From a virus (taxonomy: Duplodnaviria; Caudoviricetes): a DNA stretch of 25,672 bases. The position numbers and the translations under genes were made by a program. Positions 1 through 7,544 of the stretch are shown piece after piece. The stretch is taken from the IMG/VR virus record IMGVR_UViG_3300030330_002725, positions 1 to 25,672 of that record; one strand, 5' to 3'. The notes beneath the pieces were generated by a model. It had not been told where the DNA came from. It ran no database searches and saw only the letters and a list, made by a program, of their open reading frames with translations. Within the stretch, counting starts at the first letter, position 1. The number at the start of each line of letters is the position of its first letter.

Positions 1-2
1 CA

Positions 3-1097
3 GCATTTATTGAAAATATTGGAGAAATTTGGGCTTCAGCACAACAAACATTAGCTACTGGTGGTGGGTGTATAGCATTAAGTACTCCTTATGGTACTGG
101 AAATTGGTTTCATCAAACATGGACTAGAGCGGAAGCAGCAGAAAATGATTTTTTACCTATAAAATTACCTTGGTACGTTCATCCTGAAAGAGATGAAAAA
201 TGGAGAAAAAGGCAAGATGAATTACTAGGCGATCCTAGAATGGCAGCTCAAGAATGTGACTGTGATTTTAGCACTTCTGGTGATATAGTATTTTACCCTG
301 AATATATTGAATATTATGAAAAATCTTATATAAAGGATCCTATGGAAAGAAGAGGTGCTGATCAAAATTTGTGGGTTTGGGAATCACCTGATTATTCTAG
401 GGATTATATGGTAGTTGCTGATGTATCCAGAGGCGATGGAAAAGATTATTCTGCATGTCATGTTATTGATACCCAAAATAATGTACAGGTAGCGGAATAT
501 AAAGGCCAATTAGGCACTAAAGAATATGGTCATTTACTAGTTGGTTTAGCTACTGAGTACAATGAAGCTATGTTAGTTATAGAAAATGCTAATATTGGCT
601 GGGCAACAATACAGGTTGCTATTGATAGAAATTATCAAAACCTTTATTATTCACAAAAGAGTGGAGAAGCAAATGCTAGTTCGTATTTTGAACGATATCA
701 AGATAATTCTAAAAAGGTGGCTGGTTTTACTATGTCATCTAGAACTAGACCTATGGTAATAGGTAAATTTCAAGAATATCTAGGAGATAAAGGAGTAACA
801 ATACAATCAAAAAGGTTAATAGAAGAAATGAAAACTTTTATTTGGCGTAATGGAAGACCTGAAGCACAATCAGGTTATAATGATGATTTAGTAATGTCTT
901 TTGGTATTGCTATGTATATTAGAGACACAGCACTTAAATTTAGACAAAGAGGAATTGAATTAACTAAACAATCATTAAATAACATGTCTACTGGCCAAAC
1001 TAAGTATGTAGGTGGTTATCAAAATAACCCTAATTTTAAAAACCCATATGAAATCAACACCAGAGATGGTAAAGAAAACATTGATTGGTTATTATAA
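3..1097 (+). CDS. terL: Terminase large subunit, T4 gp17-like, 5'-truncated by the window
   Basis: The frame of the 240..1097 ORF stays open back to nt 3 (AFIENIGEIWASAQQTLATGGGCIALSTPYGTGNWFH...), i.e. just after Walker B, with an STPxG coupling motif. C-terminal RNase H-like nuclease motifs ADVSRGDGKDYS and GYNDDLVM. Directly upstream of portal. Confidence 0.95.
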   Translation, partial: AFIENIGEIWASAQQTLATGGGCIALSTPYGTGNWFHQTWTRAEAAENDFLPIKLPWYVHPERDEKWRKRQDELLGDPRMAAQECDCDFSTSGDIVFYPEYIEYYEKSYIKDPMERRGADQNLWVWESPDYSRDYMVVADVSRGDGKDYSACHVIDTQNNVQVAEYKGQLGTKEYGHLLVGLATEYNEAMLVIENANIGWATIQVAIDRNYQNLYYSQKSGEANASSYFERYQDNSKKVAGFTMSSRTRPMVIGKFQEYLGDKGVTIQSKRLIEEMKTFIWRNGRPEAQSGYNDDLVMSFGIAMYIRDTALKFRQRGIELTKQSLNNMSTGQTKYVGGYQNNPNFKNPYEINTRDGKENIDWLL

Positions 1098-1098
1098 T

Positions 1099-1109
1099 AA
1101 TATTTATAA
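1099..1109 (+). promoter_or_regulatory. Putative late promoter motif AATATTTATAA upstream of portal
   Basis: Recurrent intergenic motif, core TATTTATA at 1101-1108; ATG at 1128. Confidence 0.7.
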
Positions 1110-1127
1110 CAATAATAATATATAAAC

Positions 1128-3014
1128 ATGGCAAATACTAGTGTATTTTCAAGATTAAGAAGATTATTTTCCACTGATGTAGTTATAAGAAACGTAGGAG
1201 GTAATCAAATAAAAACAATAGACTCAGGCCACATTCAAACTAGTGGTGAGTATGAAACTAATGCTTTAATTGATAGATTTAATAGAGTATACTCTACTGC
1301 ACCTTCTTCATTATACGGTGCTCAATTTAATCTAAATTATCAGTATTTAAGAACTCAATTATACTCGGAATATGATGTAATGGATCAAGATGCTATTATA
1401 GCTTCAGCATTAGATATTCTTTCTGATGAATCTACTCTTAAAAATGATATGGGTGAAGTACTTCAAATTAGAAGTTCTAATGAAGATATTCAAAAAATAT
1501 TATATAATTTATTTTATGATGTACTTAACATTGAGTTTAATTTATGGATGTGGATAAGACAAATGTGTAAGTATGGTGACTTTTTCCTTAAATTAGAAAT
1601 AGCTGAAAAATTTGGTGTTTATAATGTTATTCCTTATACTGCTTACCATATTGAAAGGATAGAGGGAGCTAATGTAGACAACCCAGCAGAAGTAAAATAT
1701 AGATGGAACCCAGATGGATTTGCAGGAGGTTCTTATGGTTATTACAATGTACCTAATACAGGACCAGATGATAGAGGAGGAATAACTTATGATAATTACG
1801 AAATGGCACATTTTAGATTTGTGGCAGATGTTAATTATCTTCCTTATGGTAGAGCATATATTGAGCCAGCTAGAAAATTATTTAAACAATATACTTTAAT
1901 GGAGGATGCAATGTTAATTCATAGAATTGCACGTGCACCTGAAAAAAGAGTATTTTATGTAAATGTAGGAGCTATACCACCTAATGAAGTAGAAGCATTT
2001 ATGCAAAAAACAATATCTACGATGAAAAGAACTCCATTTATGGATGAAAAAACTGGTGAATATAATCTTAGATATAACATGCAAAACATGATGGAGGATT
2101 TTTATATCCCAGTAAGAGGTAATGATCAAGCTACTAAAATAGATACTACACCAGGTTTATCATATGATGGTATACAAGATGTAGAATATTTAAGAGATAA
2201 ATTATTTGCGGCTTTAAAAATACCTAAAGCGTTCTTAGGATATGATGAAAATATAGAAGGTAAGGCTACATTAGCTGCAGAGGATATTAGATTTGCTCGT
2301 ACTATTGATAGAATTCAAAGAATAGCTTTATCAGAATTAAATAAAATTGCATTAGTACATTTATATACTCAAGGTTATACTGATGAGTCATTAACTAATT
2401 TTGAATTATCAATGACTACACCATCAATTATATATGATCAAGAAAAAATTGAATTATTAAAATCTAAATCTGAATTAGCACAATCTTTATTAGATCAAAA
2501 GTTAGTTCCTTCAGATTGGATTTATCATAATGTATATCACTTTAGTGAAGATCAATATGATGAATATAGAGATTTAGTAAGAGAAGATTCTAAACGTAAA
2601 TTTAGAAATGCACAAATAGAAGCAGAAGGTAATGACCCAGTTGCTACTGGTAAATCATATGGTACACCTCATGATTTAGCTTCATTATATGGAGTAGGTA
2701 GAATGCAATCCGACCCTAGTAATGTACCAGCTGGTTATGCTGATGATGATCCTAAATTAGGTAGGCCTATAGATACTATAACTAGTAGAGGTAAACAAAA
2801 GAATAATTTCGGAAAAGACCCATTAGGAGTTAAGCGTATGAAAGATAAAGATAAAAATGATGGTGATGGAATGGGTATTAGTGAATTTGAAAGTCCTAAA
2901 GTTACTCTACTAAAAAATAAGGATCTATTTAAGGGGATTAAAAAGAAAAAATTAGTATTTGAAAGAGACGAAAAGGATAGTAATTTACTTGATGAATCTC
3001 AACTAAAAGGCTAA
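1128..3014 (+). CDS. gp20: Portal vertex protein, T4 gp20-like
   Basis: Motifs LMEDAMLIHRIARAPEKRVFYVNVG, MMEDFYIPVRG, DVEYLRDKLFAALKIP and EDIRFARTIDRIQ are typical of T4-type portals. Follows terL. Confidence 0.95.
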   Translation: MANTSVFSRLRRLFSTDVVIRNVGGNQIKTIDSGHIQTSGEYETNALIDRFNRVYSTAPSSLYGAQFNLNYQYLRTQLYSEYDVMDQDAIIASALDILSDESTLKNDMGEVLQIRSSNEDIQKILYNLFYDVLNIEFNLWMWIRQMCKYGDFFLKLEIAEKFGVYNVIPYTAYHIERIEGANVDNPAEVKYRWNPDGFAGGSYGYYNVPNTGPDDRGGITYDNYEMAHFRFVADVNYLPYGRAYIEPARKLFKQYTLMEDAMLIHRIARAPEKRVFYVNVGAIPPNEVEAFMQKTISTMKRTPFMDEKTGEYNLRYNMQNMMEDFYIPVRGNDQATKIDTTPGLSYDGIQDVEYLRDKLFAALKIPKAFLGYDENIEGKATLAAEDIRFARTIDRIQRIALSELNKIALVHLYTQGYTDESLTNFELSMTTPSIIYDQEKIELLKSKSELAQSLLDQKLVPSDWIYHNVYHFSEDQYDEYRDLVREDSKRKFRNAQIEAEGNDPVATGKSYGTPHDLASLYGVGRMQSDPSNVPAGYADDDPKLGRPIDTITSRGKQKNNFGKDPLGVKRMKDKDKNDGDGMGISEFESPKVTLLKNKDLFKGIKKKKLVFERDEKDSNLLDESQLKG

Positions 3015-3026
3015 TATTTATAAATA
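3013..3026 (+). promoter_or_regulatory. Putative late promoter motif, here forming the 12-bp palindrome TATTTATAAATA (3015-3026)
   Basis: AATATTTATAA overlaps the portal stop codon; ATG at 3040. Confidence 0.65.
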
Positions 3027-3039
3027 AATATATTTTTTG

Positions 3040-3903
3040 ATGAAAATAAAACATTCAAAGTATAAGAATACTGGTATATTATTTGAATTACTAGTAAGAC
3101 AAATCACTGCAGATACCCTAAAAGGTGGGGATTCTCCTGCAATTAACATATTAAAAGATAATTTTGTTAAAACACAATTAGGTCGTGAGTATAAATTGTA
3201 TGAATCTATAATGAAATCTAAGGTTTTAAATGAAAGTAGAGCTAATGTACTAATTTCTACAATTTTAGAAAGCTCTAAAAAATTTAATAGATCTACTTTA
3301 AGAAAACAAAAATATAATTTAATTAAAGAAATTAAAAAACATTACGATTTAGAATCATTTTTTGGTGCTAAAATAAGTAACTATAAAGAAATAGCATCAG
3401 TCTATACACTAATAGAGGGATATAATTCTTCCGAATCTACAGATGTTAATCAAATTAATAATAATAAAATTACTTTATTGGAATTTTTAACAAAAACTGA
3501 AGTTAAAGATAAAAATCAAGACGAGGTATTAAGTGAATTTTCAGGATATGAAAAAGATTTAAGACAATTAACTTATCGTGTTTTACTAGAAAAATTTAAT
3601 GATAAGTATGATAATTTAAGTATGGAACAAAAAGAAATACTTAAAGAATTTATTTACTCTATTGATTCTACTCCATCTCTTAGAGAATTTTATAATAAAA
3701 AAGTTAATATATTAAAAGATATATTATCTGAAACGTCAAAAAGTATAAAAGATAAAGCTACAAAGATTAAAATAACAGAAGTAGCTAAATTATTAACTGA
3801 ATTAGACAAAACTGATAAAGTAGATAATGATAATTTAGTTGATTTGTTACAATATTATGAACTAGTTAAAGAAATTCAAGTAGCAAATGGCGTACAAGTA
3901 TAA
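3040..3903 (+). CDS. Hypothetical helical head-cluster protein (MKIKHSKYKNTGILFELLVRQIT...)
   Basis: Long ORF with typical codon usage, between portal and protease. ATG at 3040 preferred to TTG at 3037. Confidence 0.75.
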   Translation: MKIKHSKYKNTGILFELLVRQITADTLKGGDSPAINILKDNFVKTQLGREYKLYESIMKSKVLNESRANVLISTILESSKKFNRSTLRKQKYNLIKEIKKHYDLESFFGAKISNYKEIASVYTLIEGYNSSESTDVNQINNNKITLLEFLTKTEVKDKNQDEVLSEFSGYEKDLRQLTYRVLLEKFNDKYDNLSMEQKEILKEFIYSIDSTPSLREFYNKKVNILKDILSETSKSIKDKATKIKITEVAKLLTELDKTDKVDNDNLVDLLQYYELVKEIQVANGVQV

Positions 3904-4957
3904 ACTTTCCGAAATGTCAAAAACAGCATCAGAAAAAGATGCTGAAAAAGAATTAGATAAACCACAAAGAGGATTTGAGGTTGGCCAAGTTACTATTAGT
4001 GATGATGGTACTACTAAGTCTACTATTACTGATATAGACCCTGAAACTGGTGCAGTTAGATGGAAAGTAGAGCAATTACCTGGGTTTGATAAATTATATG
4101 ATGAATTAGATGATTTAGTTGGCACAGCTAAAAGAGTTTATGTTAAAACTAAAGATGATAATAAATTTAGACAATTTTATGATGATATTAGGGTTATAAG
4201 AAATAAGGTAAGAACACATCTTAGAAATGAATACCCGGATCAATATAAAAGAATTACCAGAATAACTGAACAGGATGATGATTTTAAGGTAGATGTTATT
4301 GATTTAATGCCCTCTAATAATATTAAATTAAGAGATTTTATAAAAGACTCTAAATCATTTGCTATTGCTATTTTAGATATTATAGACGAAATCATGTCAG
4401 ATGAGAACGCTTCTATAGTTGCTCCTTCTAACATTAAACAAGCTTTAGATGCTTTAAAAAGAGAGGCTAAAAAAGAAGTAAGTAAAGTAGATGAAGGTAC
4501 TTGTGGGTATGACAGAGATGAAAATGGTAAAAAATTAAATGGACCAGGTGGATTAGGTGAAGGTGATACCTATGAAAAAATGGCTGCCAAAGGTAAAAAA
4601 GCAGGTAATTTAAAACAGGGTACAGTTAGAAAAAGATTAAATATACCTAAGGGAGAAAAAATCCCATTATCTAAAATAACTAAGGAAATATCACGTATTA
4701 AAAAAATGGATAATCCTAGTGAAAAAAATAAAAAATATTTAAAGGCTCTTAATTTAGCTAAAACGTTAAAAACAACTACTAACGTAAATGAAAGCCAAAA
4801 CCCAGGAGCATCATTAGGACCTGGTCCTAAAGCTGGACCTGATGGAGTTACTGATAATTATTATGTTAAGGGATTTAAATATAAATTAGTTCCTAAAACT
4901 AAAAATGGCACTTATGTGCAAAAAGGTTCAGGACTCGAAGTTAAGAAACTCTTCTAA
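3887..4957 (+). CDS. Hypothetical modular head-cluster protein, candidate protease-processed internal protein
   Basis: 356-aa ORF overlapping the previous stop by 17 nt. Compositionally distinct segments are bounded by LSE/ITE/VDE/LGE/VNE. Confidence 0.7.
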   Translation: MAYKYKLSEMSKTASEKDAEKELDKPQRGFEVGQVTISDDGTTKSTITDIDPETGAVRWKVEQLPGFDKLYDELDDLVGTAKRVYVKTKDDNKFRQFYDDIRVIRNKVRTHLRNEYPDQYKRITRITEQDDDFKVDVIDLMPSNNIKLRDFIKDSKSFAIAILDIIDEIMSDENASIVAPSNIKQALDALKREAKKEVSKVDEGTCGYDRDENGKKLNGPGGLGEGDTYEKMAAKGKKAGNLKQGTVRKRLNIPKGEKIPLSKITKEISRIKKMDNPSEKNKKYLKALNLAKTLKTTTNVNESQNPGASLGPGPKAGPDGVTDNYYVKGFKYKLVPKTKNGTYVQKGSGLEVKKLF

Positions 4958-4966
4958 TATGTATAA
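4956..4966 (+). promoter_or_regulatory. Variant late promoter motif AATATGTATAA
   Basis: One mismatch to consensus, overlapping the stop of the preceding gene as at 3013 and 20117. Confidence 0.55.
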
Positions 4967-4967
4967 T

Positions 4968-5210
4968 ATGAAAGATAGAATAATTAAAGAAGACGATAGA
5001 TTAGAAAAGTTTCAAAAAGAAAGAATTGATGCTTTTGATGATATAGAGGATCAATTAAAATCTCTAATTAAACCATTAAGACAGGCTAAAATAGAGACTA
5101 TTAAATACTATAGAGACGTAGAACCTAAAAGTTATTCTGTAGTATATGGAACAGATTTAATTAAAGATTATATAAAAGATATTAAAACACTATTAGACAA
5201 AGATGAGTAA
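4968..5210 (+). CDS. Small hypothetical protein (MKDRIIKEDD...); start uncertain (4959 or 4968 more likely than 4905)
   Basis: Helical ORF filling the gap between two larger genes. The track start at 4905 would overlap the upstream gene by 53 nt. Confidence 0.65.
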   Translation: MKDRIIKEDDRLEKFQKERIDAFDDIEDQLKSLIKPLRQAKIETIKYYRDVEPKSYSVVYGTDLIKDYIKDIKTLLDKDE

Positions 5211-6798
5211 TATGAAAACTTTACAAGAACAGTATAACATGATCCAAAATGGAAAAGGTCATAAGGACGTTTTCTTAAAAAGGGCTAAAAAACAATTCCC
5301 TGGGATGATAAACGAGGCAGCTACTTACGACCAAGCTACTCATATACTTAAAAAAAGAAATGTAATTAGCGAAAATTACATAGATTTAAAACCTATTAAT
5401 ACTATGGAAGGTACTAAAAAAGAATCATGGGAAAAGAAATTCCAAAACTTCTTATCAGAAGCTGGTAAGTCTTCTTTAAATCCTATTGTTAACAACGATT
5501 ATAATAAAGTAAATACTAAAGAACAAGAAGATAAAGTTTCTTCAGACCCAAATTATAAATTTGAAGTAGAATATGGAGCAGCAGGAAGATACAAGCAAGT
5601 ATCTGATGGTGTTGAAAATATTGCCTCTCATAATTATGACTATTCACCTAAGGTAGATAACATTAACAATGTAAACGCTCAGGAAATGATGAATGGAGTA
5701 TATTGTGAAATTAAAAATGATCCTAATTTAACCTTAGAAGAAGCACAAGAAAAAGTAATCAAAAATTTAGCTAAAGATGCTTTATTTTATGTCAAAGAAG
5801 GACAATTTGGTGTACAAGGATTAGGATATACTGAAGATGCCCCGGGATTTGGTGTTAAAAAGAATGCAGGTAAAACTTATGGTGGTAGTGGGTTTAGCGA
5901 AAAACTTCAGGACTCAGATAATAAATGGGAAGTAGTTAAAGAATCTGTGAATGATATTTTAAAAGATAAAAATCTAATTAATGAATCTATGGTAGCTACT
6001 ACTGGTAATCCTAATAGTTTAGCTGCTATGTCTAGTGAAGTTATTAACCAAATGTTGGAAAAAGAAGGTTTAAAAGAAACAGCAAGTTCTGATTGGGTTA
6101 ATGTAAATGAGGAAAACAAAGAACCAGAATTACCTATGGATGAAGATGTTGAAGAAGCAAGACAAAAAGCTATAGAAGCATCTCAAGAAAAAGCTGGTAT
6201 GGATGTTAGTGAGGATGATGTAGATGAAGCTAAAGGTAAAGATCATGATGGTGATGGTGATGTTGATTCTGATGATTATTTAGCTGCTAGAGATAAGGCT
6301 ATTAAAGCTAATATGGCAAAGAAAAAAATGAAAAAAGAAAATATAGATACTAAATTAGCTGAAATAGGTAAAGAAGGAGACATTGTTAAGTTAGAAGCTC
6401 AATTAGAATATTTAACTAACCATATTCAGGAAAAAATAGATAGAGTAGGTTCTATTAATGAGGATGATAATTTAAAAGAATTAGTAGATAAGAAAAAAAT
6501 GAAGGACATGCAAAAAGAAATTAAGCTTTTAGAAAAAAGAAAAGCTAAAATGGAAAAATTGTATGAAAAAATGTCTGGTAAATCATTTCAAATGCCCGAA
6601 GTAGTAGATGAAGCTCATTGCTATAGTGAAGAGGATGATATTAAAAATGAATCATTTGATTCTTTAGTAAAAAAAGTAGATAAAGCTAAGGGATATGATA
6701 AGGAAGATGCTAAAAGAGTAGCAGGATTTATTGCTAATAGAAAAAGAGCAGGAGCAGGTTCAGGACCAACTGCTAAAATGAAAAAAAGAGAAGGGTAA
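5203..6798 (+). CDS. Large acidic/charged head-cluster protein (core/internal protein candidate) with an EF-hand-like loop and a coiled coil
   Basis: 531 aa, immediately before the protease (position of T4 core genes 67/68). Many I/L/V-X-E sites; DHDGDGDVDSDD motif. Confidence 0.7.
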   Translation: MSNMKTLQEQYNMIQNGKGHKDVFLKRAKKQFPGMINEAATYDQATHILKKRNVISENYIDLKPINTMEGTKKESWEKKFQNFLSEAGKSSLNPIVNNDYNKVNTKEQEDKVSSDPNYKFEVEYGAAGRYKQVSDGVENIASHNYDYSPKVDNINNVNAQEMMNGVYCEIKNDPNLTLEEAQEKVIKNLAKDALFYVKEGQFGVQGLGYTEDAPGFGVKKNAGKTYGGSGFSEKLQDSDNKWEVVKESVNDILKDKNLINESMVATTGNPNSLAAMSSEVINQMLEKEGLKETASSDWVNVNEENKEPELPMDEDVEEARQKAIEASQEKAGMDVSEDDVDEAKGKDHDGDGDVDSDDYLAARDKAIKANMAKKKMKKENIDTKLAEIGKEGDIVKLEAQLEYLTNHIQEKIDRVGSINEDDNLKELVDKKKMKDMQKEIKLLEKRKAKMEKLYEKMSGKSFQMPEVVDEAHCYSEEDDIKNESFDSLVKKVDKAKGYDKEDAKRVAGFIANRKRAGAGSGPTAKMKKREG

Positions 6799-6809
6799 AA
6801 TAATTCTAA

Positions 6810-7412
6810 ATGAAGCAATTACTAATAGAAACGCACGCGTTTAAGGCGTCACCCCAACAAATAACAGAAAATGTTACTAAAGAAGGCAATTTACTTGTTG
6901 AAGGGGTATTAGCTACTGCTGAAGTAAAAAATGGTAATGGTCGTTATTACGCAAGAGAATTATGGGAAAGAGAAATGGATAAATATAAAGAACTTATAGA
7001 ACAAAGACGTTCTGTAGGAGAGTTAGACCACCCTGAATCCCAGGTAGTTAATCTAAAAAATGTATCGCATTTAATTAGGGAATATAGTTGGGATGGTGAT
7101 AATATTAAAGGAGTTATTGAAATTCTACCTACCCCATCAGGAAATATATTAAAGGAATTAATTAAAAATGGTGTTACAGTTGGTGTATCATCTAGAGGTA
7201 TGGGTTCACTAGAACAAAGGGGTAATGTAATGGAAGTACAAGATGATTTTGAATTACTTTGTTGGGATTTTGTTTCTACACCTTCTAATCCTGGTTCTTA
7301 TATGCATGAAGTAATTAAAGAAGGAAAAGAACCCCAAATATTTGATTATACTAAAGTTAATAAGATAGTTACTGAAATCCTTTGTTCAAAAGGATCTTGC
7401 CCTATAGTGTAA
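6810..7412 (+). CDS. gp21: Prohead core protease, T4 gp21-like
   Basis: NGNGRYY, GELDHP (catalytic His), GVSSRGMGS (catalytic Ser) and DFVSTPS motifs. Confidence 0.95.
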   Translation: MKQLLIETHAFKASPQQITENVTKEGNLLVEGVLATAEVKNGNGRYYARELWEREMDKYKELIEQRRSVGELDHPESQVVNLKNVSHLIREYSWDGDNIKGVIEILPTPSGNILKELIKNGVTVGVSSRGMGSLEQRGNVMEVQDDFELLCWDFVSTPSNPGSYMHEVIKEGKEPQIFDYTKVNKIVTEILCSKGSCPIV

Positions 7413-7437
7413 TTTTCTCGATTTTAATAAATATTCA

Positions 7438-7448
7438 TATACGTATAA
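7438..7448 (+). promoter_or_regulatory. Variant late promoter motif TATACGTATAA upstream of the scaffold/capsid operon
   Basis: Matches ATA(T/C)(T/G)TATAA, intergenic, about 100 nt before ATG 7545. Confidence 0.5.
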
Positions 7449-7455
7449 CCGTAAT

Positions 7456-7520
7456 ACACCATCATTCTATATGGTGTTCAATAATGTAAAATTTTCTATT
7501 GCGCTTCATGAATAAGCGTA
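7456..7520 (+). promoter_or_regulatory. Two tandem stem-loops in the scaffold 5' leader
   Basis: ACACCAT/ATGGTGT (7456-7477, loop CATTCTAT) and TGCGCTT/AAGCGTA (7500-7520, one G-U pair, loop CATGAAT). Confidence 0.55.
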
Positions 7521-7544
7521 TTTCACAAACTTAAATTTTGGGAT

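Noticed and set aside
240-242. Track start of the terminase at 240
   Set aside because: The frame is open to the window start and encodes ATPase-domain motifs, so the gene begins upstream.
4905-4957. Track start 4905 for the small ORF
   Set aside because: It overlaps the upstream gene by 53 nt and precedes the promoter-like motif; later ATGs are more plausible.
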